Source of the DNA: Fibrobacterales bacterium
Lineage (GTDB): Bacteria; Fibrobacterota; Fibrobacteria; Fibrobacterales; JAOPTW01
Direction of reading: 5' to 3'
Assembly (NCBI GenBank): GCA_051532035.1
Contig: JAOPTW010000013.1
Location: forward strand, 326,442-390,441
DNA: 64,000 nucleotides
Below, in pieces: positions 28,574 through 39,749 of this stretch; within the stretch, counting starts at the first letter, position 1; each line of letters begins with the position of its first letter. The notes below the pieces were generated by a model, which did not search any database, was not told the origin of the DNA, and saw only the letters and a list, made by a program, of their open reading frames with translations. The position numbers were made by a program, and so were the translations under genes.

Positions 28574-31477
28574 TCAAGGAGGAGGACTAAACCCCTGGCG
28601 CATTGTATTTTCACTCACGGCTCTTTCGCGGATAAACTGATAGAGATAGTGCGGGCCGCCTGCCTTAAGGCCTTTACCACTGAGATTGGTTCCGCCAAAT
28701 GGCTGTCTGCCGACCCTCGCTCCAGTACAAGACCGGTTAATATACAGGTTTCCCACATCCCAATCCCTCTTAATTTTTTCAATATGAGAAGGAGTTCTAG
28801 AAAAGATACCACCCGTTAATCCATAACGAGAATCATTGACCGCATCTAATGCTTCATCAATTGTAGCCACTTTTTTCATAATCACCACAGGACCAAAAAG
28901 CTCCTGATGAAACAGTGTATGGGTATCATCTTCACAAGAGAGAAGTGTGGGCGGAACATAGAGCCCTTGAGATGGAACTGCACACTGATAGACTACTTCG
29001 ACCGAGCTATCAATAGCCCCTAGAACCCCCATTAAACGGTCATACGCCTCTCGATCAATAACCGGAGGGATATCATTATTAAGTTCGGTAGCCGGACCTA
29101 ACCGCAATGTAGCCATGGCGTCAACCATACGCCGTACAAAATCATCATACACGCTCTCTAGTACATACAACCGTGAGCACGCAGAACACTTCTGACCAGC
29201 AAAGGCGAATGCGCTGTAAATCACACCGGGAACCGCAACATCGAGGTCAGCGCTGTCATCAATAATGAGTGCATTTTTACCCCCCAGTTCACATACTGCA
29301 TGTTTCAACGTGCGTGAACCTTCTGTAACCGTCCCGCAGGTTTTAAGAATTTCCATCCCCACTGCCTGAGAACCCGTAAATGAGATAGTCGCTACGTCGG
29401 GATGTGCAACGAGTACTGGTCCCACCTCTTCCCCATTACCGGGAACAAACCGAAGGCTCTCCATACCCGCTTCTTTCATTAAAAGATAGAGTGCATGTGC
29501 ACAGGCAGTTGACTGTTCCGCCGGCTTCCACACAATAGGGTTCCCCATTATCCATGGGCCAATAACCATACCACAGGGAATAGCCATCGGAAAATTCCAG
29601 GGTGTAATAACCCCCGTAACCCCTTGTGGATACAAAGTCATTTTATTCTGCTCTCCCGTTTGAGAGAAATCAAAAGGTTGCGTAAGAATTTTTGTCGCTT
29701 CAGCGGCATAATACGCACAAAAGTCAATTGCTTCGGCAATGTCAGCTTCGGCTTCGAGCAATGGTTTTGCCACCTCATGTGCTTGCAACGCCATGAGCTT
29801 AAATCGGTCCCTCTGTAACAACGAAATCAGCGTCTCTACCTGTGTCACTCGATGTGCAAGGCCACTCAGTGAATCCATCAGAGGGATCTGTTTCATCTCG
29901 GTAATTGATGATTCCATCTGTGCAATAGTTGCCGGAGTATATTGAGTTACTACTTCAGGTGGTCGCTGGGCACTCAGCACCTCTACCTCTGGCACGCCGT
30001 CACTCCCCATGGTTTTAACTACATACGGTTGTTTTGTTTGAGAGACTGCTTTTATGAGAGCACTTCTTGTAGTCGAGTCTGAAAAGTCAATCTGAGGTTC
30101 ATTGTTAAATCCAGTATCAGAAAACCCGTCATCTGAAAAGGCACCCGCCAGTGGCACCTCGGGCTTTTGTAATAACTGGTCCAGAGCGACACCCTGCGTA
30201 AAACTCTGACTCATGAACCCTTGACTTGAACTGTTTTCTAAGAGTCGACGTACCAGATACGCCATCCCTTTAACCAAGTCACCAACAGGTGTATAGAGTC
30301 GAACCTGCATTCCTCGAGAGGTAACGGCCTTGCTGAGTGAATCAGCCATACCATAAAGCATCTGAAATTCAAAATATTGTGAAGGAACATCGAGCTCCCG
30401 AGCAATGGTTATGGCATGAGCAATACTTCGAATATTATGGGATGCTATTGCAGGTCTTGTCCACTCCCAGCCACGAATCAATACTTCTGAAAGTGTTTCA
30501 AAATTAAGGTCCGTCTCTTCTTTTGTGGTATAGACTGGTGGTACCCACCCACGAAGTTCTGATTCAGCCACTTCATAATCCCAGTAAGCACCCTTAACCA
30601 AACGGATTGTAATGGGCACTCCTCGCCCTTGTGCAATCTTCTGAAAATGTTCCAGTGTCTGGGCACTATCTGTTCTATAGGCCTGAACCACAATCCCCAC
30701 ATGTTCATACTGTTTAAATATACCCGATGTAATCATCTTCTCAAAAAAATGATTGGTCGGTGCATGGTGGTCATTATCTTCCATATCAAAATTGAGAAAG
30801 GCACCGGAATCGATAACACTCTGAAATAGTGGGTTGAGAAGTTCCTCGAGCTCATCAATAACCTGTTCCTCGTCGAGGGGATTAAAGTGGGGATATATAG
30901 AACTCAGTTTTAGTGAGAGGTTTATCTGTGGAACCCGTGCACTCTCTTTATCTTGCACCTTACTCAGTGTGTTTAATATAGCGATGTATTTATTCAAGTA
31001 CTGTGTACACTCGCCCTTACTGAGGGCAGCCTCCCCGAGTAGATCTACCGTTGTAGAAACACCGGACTTCCAAAGATTACGGATTGCTGTTACTGTTTGA
31101 TCGCTGGTCTCCTCGGTAAAATCACCAAGAATAAATGTTTGTGCCATCCCTTTTATGTTTCTTCGAATGAGCGCACTAGCGAATGGAGCTGCCAATGACC
31201 CTGTACCTACAGCAAATGCAGTTCGAATACTTTTAGGAAGGTTTCGGTCTGGCTGTCCCAGGTATTCCTTCAAATGCTGACTCACCTGGTTGACCGTTTT
31301 AAAACTGGGATAGGCATCAACAAATCTGAACATATCAACCCCAAACTCTGGGTCTTTAAGCGTCCACTCCATTATTTTGCCATACCAATATTTACTATTA
31401 ATAATTGTGGATGTGCTCGTTTGCAAATCTTTCCAAAGAGCTTTTCCAAGTTCGTGTATTTCGGTTTCTCTATCCAT
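28574..31477 (-). CDS. putA: bifunctional proline dehydrogenase / L-glutamate-gamma-semialdehyde dehydrogenase
   Basis: PRODH blocks FQMLYGM, RLYTPVG, AYLVRRLLENSS. ALDH blocks WNFPMAI, ELGGKNA, FAGQKCSACSR. No N-terminal RHH DNA-binding domain is seen. Confidence 0.9.
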   Translation of the reverse strand: MDRETEIHELGKALWKDLQTSTSTIINSKYWYGKIMEWTLKDPEFGVDMFRFVDAYPSFKTVNQVSQHLKEYLGQPDRNLPKSIRTAFAVGTGSLAAPFASALIRRNIKGMAQTFILGDFTEETSDQTVTAIRNLWKSGVSTTVDLLGEAALSKGECTQYLNKYIAILNTLSKVQDKESARVPQINLSLKLSSIYPHFNPLDEEQVIDELEELLNPLFQSVIDSGAFLNFDMEDNDHHAPTNHFFEKMITSGIFKQYEHVGIVVQAYRTDSAQTLEHFQKIAQGRGVPITIRLVKGAYWDYEVAESELRGWVPPVYTTKEETDLNFETLSEVLIRGWEWTRPAIASHNIRSIAHAITIARELDVPSQYFEFQMLYGMADSLSKAVTSRGMQVRLYTPVGDLVKGMAYLVRRLLENSSSQGFMSQSFTQGVALDQLLQKPEVPLAGAFSDDGFSDTGFNNEPQIDFSDSTTRSALIKAVSQTKQPYVVKTMGSDGVPEVEVLSAQRPPEVVTQYTPATIAQMESSITEMKQIPLMDSLSGLAHRVTQVETLISLLQRDRFKLMALQAHEVAKPLLEAEADIAEAIDFCAYYAAEATKILTQPFDFSQTGEQNKMTLYPQGVTGVITPWNFPMAIPCGMVIGPWIMGNPIVWKPAEQSTACAHALYLLMKEAGMESLRFVPGNGEEVGPVLVAHPDVATISFTGSQAVGMEILKTCGTVTEGSRTLKHAVCELGGKNALIIDDSADLDVAVPGVIYSAFAFAGQKCSACSRLYVLESVYDDFVRRMVDAMATLRLGPATELNNDIPPVIDREAYDRLMGVLGAIDSSVEVVYQCAVPSQGLYVPPTLLSCEDDTHTLFHQELFGPVVIMKKVATIDEALDAVNDSRYGLTGGIFSRTPSHIEKIKRDWDVGNLYINRSCTGARVGRQPFGGTNLSGKGLKAGGPHYLYQFIRERAVSENTMRQGFSPPP

Positions 31478-31534
31478 ATTCTGATTATACCCTATTTTGA
31501 TAGGTTTTGGTATAATTGCCCCTTCTATTGGAAA

Positions 31535-32551
31535 TCAGCTATGTTCCGATTGAATTTTCAAAATTTCATCGAGAATACTTTCGAACGCTGCAAATACTTT
31601 TGGATCAAAATGTGTTCCAATGGTTTCCCTCATTACATCGAGAGCACGCGCAATTGGCCAGGCCTCTTTATAGGGTCGTTTACTGGTTAATGCATCAAAC
31701 ACATCTGCTACAGCCACAATCCTGGCATAAATATGAATGTTCTTATTCTTCAGTCCTTTAGGGTAACCGCTCCCATCCCATTTTTCATGGTGTTGCACTG
31801 CAATTATTGTCGCGACATTAATAAGCTCTGAGTGGTGTGTTCCAAGAATATTTGCCCCAACCTGAGCATGGGTCTGTATAATTTTCCACTCCTCAGGATC
31901 AAGTTTTCCCGGCTTTTGTAGAATCTTATCAGGGATGCCAATTTTTCCCAAATCATGCATTGGAGATGCCTGAAGAATCAGTTCACACTCTTTTTCAGGT
32001 AATCCATATGCTTGGGCAATTAAATAGCTATATCGGCTCATCCGAATTACATGCTGACCGGTATCATCATCTTTAAATTCCGCCGCCTTACCAAGTTTCC
32101 GAATAATATCAAGCCGAGTCTCTTCAATCTCCAGTGTTCTTAACTTCACTATTTCTTCCAAATCATCTCTGTGTTTTTTTAATTCAAGCTGACTTTTGAC
32201 GCGGAGCACAACCAAATATGGATTTATGGGCTTGCTAATATAATCAACCGCCCCCAACTCGAGGCCAATTTCTTCATCTATTTCATCATTTTTAGCTGTC
32301 ACAAAAATTATTGGAATATCTTTGGTTGATACATCATTTTTCAATTCTCTGCACACCTGATACCCATCAATTTCCGGCATCATTATGTCAAGAAGTATAA
32401 TATCAGGGGGACTGCTCAAAGCGAGGCTCAAAGCTTTTTTCCCATTTGTAGCACTGATAACAGCGTAAGTATCACTCAATATTTCAAGCAATATCTGAAT
32501 ATTTTCTGGGACGTCATCTACTATTAAAACTGTCTGTTTATTGCGATCCAC
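31535..32551 (-). CDS. response regulator with an HD-GYP domain (c-di-GMP phosphodiesterase, RpfG family)
   Basis: REC: VLIVDDVPEN...DIILLDIMMPEIDG...TAK. HD-GYP: HDLGKIGIPD, HHEKWDGSGYPKGL. Confidence 0.9.
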   Translation of the reverse strand: MDRNKQTVLIVDDVPENIQILLEILSDTYAVISATNGKKALSLALSSPPDIILLDIMMPEIDGYQVCRELKNDVSTKDIPIIFVTAKNDEIDEEIGLELGAVDYISKPINPYLVVLRVKSQLELKKHRDDLEEIVKLRTLEIEETRLDIIRKLGKAAEFKDDDTGQHVIRMSRYSYLIAQAYGLPEKECELILQASPMHDLGKIGIPDKILQKPGKLDPEEWKIIQTHAQVGANILGTHHSELINVATIIAVQHHEKWDGSGYPKGLKNKNIHIYARIVAVADVFDALTSKRPYKEAWPIARALDVMRETIGTHFDPKVFAAFESILDEILKIQSEHS

Positions 32552-32569
32552 ACTTCTCTCCTTTCACAA

Positions 32570-35500
32570 TTAAGGATTCTCAAGAGTTAGGTTATATTTT
32601 TTAGCAAAGAGCACTATCTCTTTTGCCACAGAATCAGTATCAAACAGTTCTACATAGTGTGCTATTTTTTGATACTGATACTCTGTGGGCTTCAGTTTTT
32701 TTACCAACTCTTTATTGAGAGTAACAACCTTCCCCATATCTATATCTAGACTATGATAAAGGCTATTCAGCATCGACGCAAGTTCAACAGTACTCATCGA
32801 AACCTTCTCTGCGATCATTTCAGTATTAACTTCTGGAATAGCATTTGCTATCCCATTCATTGTCTCTTCAAGTTTATTTTTAAACATATTGAGAAGAGGT
32901 TCAAAATCACTCTCCGGATCACTTTCAACCAAATCATATATTTTTTCGCCCATTTCATGTAATGCATCTGCCCCAATGTTTCCTGAAACGCCCATGAGGG
33001 AATGACTGATAAACAAAGCATGCTTAAAATCTCTACGATTAATACAGTCTGCTATTTCATTATGTGACGTTTTATATTTTTCGACAAATGCTAACAGAAG
33101 TTTTTTATACAGCTTAACATTACCCCTAACCCTTCTCAATGCATCATGCATATTAATACCGGGTATATCAGGAATCTCTTGTTCTATTTCCAGGGGAACG
33201 AGATCTGTTTCTCCAGTTAAATCAGACGAAACATGCCTGGATATTACCTTGAAAACTTCGGATGGGTTAATCGGCTTTGAGATATATCCATTCATCCCAT
33301 TACTTATTACTGACGCCTCCACTCCACTCATCGCATCAGCGGTCATTGCGATAATTGGCAGTTCTTCCTTAGTATATTTCCTCCTGATTATCCGAGTGGC
33401 TTCCACTCCCCCCATTTCCGGCATCTGGAGATCCATAAGAACTACATCGTATGCCCCTTCAGCCAGGAGTACCATTTCATGGGCAACTCTACCGTTACCG
33501 GCGACCTCAACATGTGCCCCTTCACCCTGCAGCAGTTCGCAAGCAATTTGCTGATTCATTTCATTATCTTCAACTAACAGTATTTTACAGTTCTGTATCC
33601 CTCTAAAATCCTGTTCAGAGTATCCCTCACTATTTTTCTTCTGGATAGGCTTTCTCCTCGCTCCAAAAATGCTGCAAATGGAGTCGACCAATAATGAAAG
33701 GAAAACCGGCTTAAGTATAAATCCATCAATATTGAGATCTGCAATAGTATCTATAAATTCATCAGCACCATATCCCGTTGCCATCAAAAATTTCGGGCCA
33801 TTAATTATCCGGGTATTTTTCTGAATACTTTTAATGGTATCAACTCCATTACCATCCGGCATTATCCAATCCATAATAACCAGATCAAACGGCTGATCAG
33901 AATTTGAGATTTGGCGTTCTATCTCTTTAAGAGCTTGATTTCCAGAGTCTGCTTCAACTATATTTTTAGTAAAACTAGATAAATACCCTCTGATAACTTC
34001 TCTGGCTGTCGCATTGTCGTCTACTATGAGCACGCGTAAATCGTTCAACACACTGGGGAGCACATCACGTTTATCCGTTCCATCATCAATACATTCAAAA
34101 GGGAGCGTAAAATAGAAAGTACTGCCTTTGCCAAAGACACTTTCAACCCCTATAGTTCCATCCATAAGTTCACACAATTGCTTGCTAATCGTGAGCCCAA
34201 GGCCCGTACCACCATAATGTCGAGTTGTAGAGGTGTCGGCTTGGGTAAATGCACTGAACAATTTTTCCAGTTGTACTTCTTTTAAGCCAATACCGGTATC
34301 TTGAACATGAAACTCGATCTCGACCTGTGAACGGTTACTTTTTACTCTTTCCATTTGAACATATACTTCACCCTGATCGGTAAATTTTATAGCATTATTT
34401 ACGAGGTTCAAGAGCACCTGTCCCAACCGAAGAGGGTCCCCTATAAGGGTATCCGGGATATCTTTCGAAATATCGAAAATAAGCTCAACCCCTTTTTCCT
34501 GAGCTTTTAAACTTGTTGCATCACCAAGTGTGGCCATTACCTCCGAAAGTTTAAATTCCACTTTTTCAATAGTAAGTTTACCTGCCTCTATTTTACTGAA
34601 GTCAAGGATATCATTTAATATTACTAAAAGGTTTTTTGATGCTGCCTGTATTTTCTTAGTATAGTCCTCTTGCTTTTCATTCTGTTCTGTTTTTTGCATC
34701 AGGTAGCTCATTCCAATTATGGCATTCATTGGAGTACGTATCTCATGACTCATATTTGCCAGAAAATCACTTTTCGCCTGAGTAGCTTGCTCTGCCCTGT
34801 TTTTTGCATCAAGGAGTTCAGCTTCCATAATTTTTCTCTCAGTGATGTCCTCTTTAACGGCAATAAAATTGGTCACCTTTCCACTTTCATTTTTCACTGG
34901 TGATATCGTTGCTGACTCCCAAAAAAACTCACCATCTTTTCTTTTATTTTCAAATTCACCGGCCCATACCTCCCCTGAAAAAATAGTATCCCACAGCTGC
35001 TTATAAAACGCATTTGTATGTGTTCCTGATTGAAGTATTCGAGGATTCTGACCAAGTATTTCATCCATTTCATACCCGGTAATATTCAGAAAAGACTGAT
35101 TTGCATATTCAATTTCACCTCTTCTGTTTGTAATAATTACAGAGACGTGGCTCTGCTCAATAGCCAGAGATAATTTGTGTACTTCAACTGTAGATTTCTG
35201 TAGTTCTGCAAGAGCAGTCTGTGTTTTCTTCTTTTGAATATTAGTATCCTGCAAAATACTCATTGCAGCCTTTTGTGACTTATCGAGTTCTCTATTAGAC
35301 TGCTCAATCGCATTTTGCCGAGTCCGCAAAATATTCTCAACCGTTTTTTCATGGGTAATGTCATGAATGGTATATACGTCCAGCTTTTGATTAATTACCG
35401 TCAAATGAGTCATTGTCAATTTAACAGAGAATGTTTCACCCTTTTTTTTTCTACTTACACATTCAAAAGCCCTTGTTTTAACTTCTTCACCTCCAGGATG

Positions 35501-36865
35501 GGTATCCGATATTTCCATTTCTCTCTCTCTACTATAAAGCGGTATATCAAATAGAGTATTGAAATCGAGACCACTCAATTCATTTTGCCTGTATTGATAC
35601 AAAAGTGAACTGGCACTATTGGCAATTTGTACGTAGCCCTCAGCATTACATACGATAATTGGGTCAACAATATTCAGTATTGATTCAAGGTAATGCTCCT
35701 GTTCCAGAATACGTTTGTTAAATCGAATGTTATATAACTGAGTCCAAATATAGAGTAATACTGACAAAAGTATAATCGCGCCTACCAGCAGTATGATTAC
35801 AAGCCGTGCTTTTGTATAAGCTTTCAATGCTTCAACTTCATCGATCTCTGTAATAAAGCCAACACCGAGATTTTCATCCCACATCCATGCCCCAAACACA
35901 TACGCCCCTCGATAATCGCGGTAACTCTGTATGCTCCACCCTGATTTTTCAAGAGTTATTTCCAGAGCTGCACGAGTCAATGGATGCAACTCAATTTTAA
36001 TTTCGCCCGTTTCATTTTTCTGTATGTTAATTCCAGGTTCGCTAATCCGTATGTTGAGCAGGCTATTCTGATTTTTATTCAATAATCCCTTACGGTATAG
36101 CTCATCATCAAACCTACTCTCGGTAAGAAGTAACCCTTTTTTATTAATGATATACGTTTCGCCGGTCTGACCAATACGACTGTTAGTGGTAATATCGCTG
36201 AACTCATGAAAGGGATTAAATCGAATACAGAGAGCGGCAACTACCTTTGAACCATCTTTAATAGGTACTGCTAAAAACATTGTAGGGTAATCCTTTTCCA
36301 TTTCGCCTTTCTCATTCATCAGTAGTACTTCTGAAGGCATAGGAGGGATCAATTGATTTTCACCTAAAAACACTTTATTTAATCTATCGGAGTAGATCCT
36401 CGAAATCACATTTATCATACCCATGTTATTATCACGCATTGACGCAATATTTATCATACCTGATGAAACAATAAATATCCCCTGTGCACCGTACACATCA
36501 ATTTTAGCTTCAAAATAATGACGTATATTTCCAAGAGCTTTTTGTTTTGCATATAAGCCTCCCCCATTACCTGAATCCAATAGTATTTTAGTATTGGATG
36601 TAATCTCCAGGTCTTTAGCCCATGCTTCAGCATTAGCAAAACGAATATCTGCCCAGGTTTTATTGATATTCTGATTTGTCGCCCACAATACTCCCTTGAG
36701 TGATTCAGCAGTGTTTTCTCGAACATCTTTCTCAATGTAGCCCAACCCTATGAAAGCAGCAATAAAGGAACTCATTATAAAAAAAAGTAATATGAAGATA
36801 TTATTTCTATTATGTAAGTTTGAACTGCTTATTTCAAGCGTCCCTTTACGGCCAGTAACTGTCAT
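32570..36865 (-). CDS. hybrid sensor histidine kinase (periplasmic Cache-like sensor, 2 PAS, HisKA, HATPase_c, 2 REC, HPt)
   Basis: Two TM segments flank an extracytoplasmic domain of about 330 aa. H-box FLANMSHEIRTPMNAI. N-box LLNLVNNAIKFT. G-boxes DTGIGL and GGTGLGLTISK. REC1 VLIVDDNA...IMDWIMPDGNG. REC2 ILLVEDNEMN...LMDLQMPEMGG. HPt HSLMGVSGNIGA. Confidence 0.92.
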   Translation of the reverse strand: MTVTGRKGTLEISSSNLHNRNNIFILLFFIMSSFIAAFIGLGYIEKDVRENTAESLKGVLWATNQNINKTWADIRFANAEAWAKDLEITSNTKILLDSGNGGGLYAKQKALGNIRHYFEAKIDVYGAQGIFIVSSGMINIASMRDNNMGMINVISRIYSDRLNKVFLGENQLIPPMPSEVLLMNEKGEMEKDYPTMFLAVPIKDGSKVVAALCIRFNPFHEFSDITTNSRIGQTGETYIINKKGLLLTESRFDDELYRKGLLNKNQNSLLNIRISEPGINIQKNETGEIKIELHPLTRAALEITLEKSGWSIQSYRDYRGAYVFGAWMWDENLGVGFITEIDEVEALKAYTKARLVIILLVGAIILLSVLLYIWTQLYNIRFNKRILEQEHYLESILNIVDPIIVCNAEGYVQIANSASSLLYQYRQNELSGLDFNTLFDIPLYSREREMEISDTHPGGEEVKTRAFECVSRKKKGETFSVKLTMTHLTVINQKLDVYTIHDITHEKTVENILRTRQNAIEQSNRELDKSQKAAMSILQDTNIQKKKTQTALAELQKSTVEVHKLSLAIEQSHVSVIITNRRGEIEYANQSFLNITGYEMDEILGQNPRILQSGTHTNAFYKQLWDTIFSGEVWAGEFENKRKDGEFFWESATISPVKNESGKVTNFIAVKEDITERKIMEAELLDAKNRAEQATQAKSDFLANMSHEIRTPMNAIIGMSYLMQKTEQNEKQEDYTKKIQAASKNLLVILNDILDFSKIEAGKLTIEKVEFKLSEVMATLGDATSLKAQEKGVELIFDISKDIPDTLIGDPLRLGQVLLNLVNNAIKFTDQGEVYVQMERVKSNRSQVEIEFHVQDTGIGLKEVQLEKLFSAFTQADTSTTRHYGGTGLGLTISKQLCELMDGTIGVESVFGKGSTFYFTLPFECIDDGTDKRDVLPSVLNDLRVLIVDDNATAREVIRGYLSSFTKNIVEADSGNQALKEIERQISNSDQPFDLVIMDWIMPDGNGVDTIKSIQKNTRIINGPKFLMATGYGADEFIDTIADLNIDGFILKPVFLSLLVDSICSIFGARRKPIQKKNSEGYSEQDFRGIQNCKILLVEDNEMNQQIACELLQGEGAHVEVAGNGRVAHEMVLLAEGAYDVVLMDLQMPEMGGVEATRIIRRKYTKEELPIIAMTADAMSGVEASVISNGMNGYISKPINPSEVFKVISRHVSSDLTGETDLVPLEIEQEIPDIPGINMHDALRRVRGNVKLYKKLLLAFVEKYKTSHNEIADCINRRDFKHALFISHSLMGVSGNIGADALHEMGEKIYDLVESDPESDFEPLLNMFKNKLEETMNGIANAIPEVNTEMIAEKVSMSTVELASMLNSLYHSLDIDMGKVVTLNKELVKKLKPTEYQYQKIAHYVELFDTDSVAKEIVLFAKKYNLTLENP

Positions 36866-37938
36866 TATACACTTTCTCCGCTACCCTTATCCAACTCCCG
36901 TTCGTTATCCCAAACTGGTGGATAGGGCAATTCACGGTTTAATTCTTCAGCTAATTGATTCACTTCCGTCTTTAATTCAATATAGCGCATTTCACGCCCA
37001 ATCATCGTCTCATTAAAATGTTCTAGTTCATCTTTTTGATTCTGCAATTCATTATTAATCTTCTCTAATTGCTTCTGAGCATGTTTAACATCACTAATAT
37101 CAATCCCAACACCTACCAGATAACTGTCATTGTGAATAGTGACCCTGCTCCCTGTTAGATAAAAAGGAACCTCAGTGAGATCATGTGAAATAACATTCGC
37201 CTCCAATGCAGCATACCCTTCTGTGAAAGCACGCTCAATCGCCTGAGTAACTGCTTTTCTATCTTTTTCAGAAATAGATTCTATAGCACGGATTGATTTC
37301 ATTTTTTCATCACCCAATCCTATAAGCTTCTGATAATTTTCATTCCACCTTAACAGTTTCCCTTCCGGGGTAAATGCATAAAATATGCCCGGTAGACTAT
37401 TGATTACTTTGTCAGTAAAAAACTTCTCTGCTTCAATTTCACCCGTTCTTTTTAGTACCCGTTTTTCAAGCTCACTATTCAGTTTTAAAGTATCTTTTTT
37501 ATTTGCAAGTTCTTTTTGATATGTATATAGCCTGATATGCGTATAAACTCTGGCTATTACTTCCTCTGCTACATAGGGCAATGATATATAGTCCTGGCCA
37601 CCTGCTTTAAATGCCGCAACTTTATTAGATGTCTCTGATACTGCGCTGATAAAAAGTACGGGAACCATTGCGCTCCGTGGCTCTGATTTTAATCGACGAC
37701 AGATTTCATATCCATCAATACCTGTCAATTGAACATCTAATAGTATTAAATCCGGCACCGCTTCTGCAACACTACTCAACACCTGCTCGCCTGATGTCGC
37801 GATACGAATTTTATAGTTTTCTGTTTGTAACAGGTGTGATACTACACGAATATTTTCTGGATTACTATCGGCAACCAGAATAGTACAAGTATTGTTCTCT
37901 TTAATGTTACCATTTTTGGCACTTACATCAATACTCAT
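36865..37938 (-). CDS. response regulator REC-PAS with a C-terminal coiled coil
   Basis: REC: ILVADSNPEN...LILLDVQLTGIDG. PAS-like segment PGIFYAFTPEGKLLRWNENY. Coiled coil ELQNQKDELEHFNETMIGREMRYIELKTEVNQL. The TAA stop overlaps the kinase ATG by 1 nt (TAATG). Confidence 0.85.
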   Translation of the reverse strand: MSIDVSAKNGNIKENNTCTILVADSNPENIRVVSHLLQTENYKIRIATSGEQVLSSVAEAVPDLILLDVQLTGIDGYEICRRLKSEPRSAMVPVLFISAVSETSNKVAAFKAGGQDYISLPYVAEEVIARVYTHIRLYTYQKELANKKDTLKLNSELEKRVLKRTGEIEAEKFFTDKVINSLPGIFYAFTPEGKLLRWNENYQKLIGLGDEKMKSIRAIESISEKDRKAVTQAIERAFTEGYAALEANVISHDLTEVPFYLTGSRVTIHNDSYLVGVGIDISDVKHAQKQLEKINNELQNQKDELEHFNETMIGREMRYIELKTEVNQLAEELNRELPYPPVWDNERELDKGSGESV

Positions 37939-38324
37939 TAGATTCCTGATTGAGGAGTTAAAATCAACTCAATATTTGATTTTAGGATTCCTCATCTGCT
38001 TCCATTTATTGTATGATATATTGCTAAAAAAAGCACTAATATGGTGCCTATATGCAATTCTGGGCACTATTCATGATAATAATACCGTTTCCGATCACTT
38101 TTTAATGAAATTGGGCAGGTTTGATAGAGCACTGATACAACAAGAAGTATCTGCTCACGGCGACTACAGACTTTAGAGAGGATATTACAAGTCATCCAAA
38201 GAATCTAGATAAGGGCAACCACCATATTAACCTTGACCAAATTATTAAATAACAAGATAATTTATAAGAGTATTATCTCGGTGTATATAGTTTACTCGAA
38301 TATCACTTTTAGGAGCGTTACTCT

Positions 38325-39749
38325 ATGATGGAGCAAGAAAAATTACTCGAACAAAAGTTGGGAGAATTAGAAACTGCCCGAAAATGGAGCCCCCGACTCA
38401 TTGCTAAATTAGAAGCACTTATCAGGTCAGATGAACCCTGGGAAAATTACAGAGTTAATCCATTGGAGTTTGCATTTTCACGAAACCTTGACGAAAATGA
38501 AGTCATTGACCTATTTCTGTATGCCTCGAAAATTGGCATTTATGTATTAGAATGGCGAATGGTTTGCCCGCACTGCGGAGATACGGTCAATAGTTTTAGT
38601 AGTCTTTCAAATTTAGAATCAGATTGTGTTTGTTCGTTGTGCTCTCTTTCTACCAAAGCACATCTTGATGATTACGTACAAATTTCATTTAGTTTATCTT
38701 CAACTATTAAAGCATTGCCCTTTCATTCGCCTTCAACCTTATCGATAGATGATTTTTACTTTCGGTATCGCCTTGATGGAAGTGCCCAAGTCCCGGGTGG
38801 TTTAGGGTTAAAGCGTGAACTTATTAAATCAGCGTTACTAGAAAACTTTTATTTAGAGTCGAATACTCAAAAAGACGTTTCTTTTAACATTAAGCCAGGT
38901 ACCTTAATGGGTTACGATATGACAACCGGTAATGGATTTGTGTATTCCATAGAAGGGACGAGTACTGAAGAGCAAAATGCATCTGCCACCCTACAACAAT
39001 CAAAGTGGATAACCACGCCTAATAATGTACATGCAGGAAATATTAGTCTATCAATTAAAAATGAAGGCTCGGTAAAAGCAGCCTTTGCCTTAATGTGGTT
39101 ACCTGAGGATTATAGCCATACTATATTGACGTATGAACGACGCCTTACAGGCAACCGAATTCTAAATACTCAGGCGTTTCGCAGCCTGTATCGTACCGAA
39201 ATACTTGGTACCACTGAAGGAATAGGAGTACGTGATTTAACGTTGCTTTTCACGGATATAAAAGGGTCCACTGAAATGTACGATAAGATTGGTGACCTCA
39301 AAGCCTTTGCACTTGTTCAACAACATTTTGAGCATTTAAATTTAGCAATAAACAACAATCACGGGGCAATGATAAAAACAATCGGTGATGCCGTAATGGC
39401 AACGTTTGATAAGCCTGCAGATGCTATGAAGGCAAGCTTAGAGATGCTCCAAAAAATTGTGGCATATAATAAAGAAATTTCAGACGGTGAAATAATTTTG
39501 AAGATTGGAATTCACAGAGGGGCTTCAATAGTGGTCACCCTCAATGACCGATTAGATTATTTTGGACAGACCGTAAATGTAGCTGCGCGTGTTCAAGCCC
39601 TAGCCGATGGAGGAGAAATATGTTTGACTGATAGCTTTTACAATGCTCCAGGCGTTATCGAAACCCTTAGTGGGTATACCATTGTCGCCGAAAAAGCAAA
39701 CTTAAAAGGGGTGAGCGAAACAATGGATATCTACCGCATATCAACGTAA
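38325..39749 (+). CDS. class III adenylate/guanylate cyclase with an N-terminal Cys-rich (Zn-ribbon-like) sensor region
   Basis: Cyclase core LTLLFTDIKGSTEMYDKIGD...IKTIGDAVMATF...LKIGIHRGASI...DYFGQTVNVAARV. N-terminal CPHCGD...CVCSLCS. Confidence 0.85.
   Translation: MMEQEKLLEQKLGELETARKWSPRLIAKLEALIRSDEPWENYRVNPLEFAFSRNLDENEVIDLFLYASKIGIYVLEWRMVCPHCGDTVNSFSSLSNLESDCVCSLCSLSTKAHLDDYVQISFSLSSTIKALPFHSPSTLSIDDFYFRYRLDGSAQVPGGLGLKRELIKSALLENFYLESNTQKDVSFNIKPGTLMGYDMTTGNGFVYSIEGTSTEEQNASATLQQSKWITTPNNVHAGNISLSIKNEGSVKAAFALMWLPEDYSHTILTYERRLTGNRILNTQAFRSLYRTEILGTTEGIGVRDLTLLFTDIKGSTEMYDKIGDLKAFALVQQHFEHLNLAINNNHGAMIKTIGDAVMATFDKPADAMKASLEMLQKIVAYNKEISDGEIILKIGIHRGASIVVTLNDRLDYFGQTVNVAARVQALADGGEICLTDSFYNAPGVIETLSGYTIVAEKANLKGVSETMDIYRIST

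Noticed and set aside
35442-35450. T9 (A9 on the coding strand, encoding RKKKGE) inside the hybrid kinase gene as a slippage or phase-variation site
   Set aside because: Lys-rich A-runs are common in AT-rich genomes. The frame is intact and nothing else suggests switching. It is mainly worth remembering as a sequencing-error hotspot.
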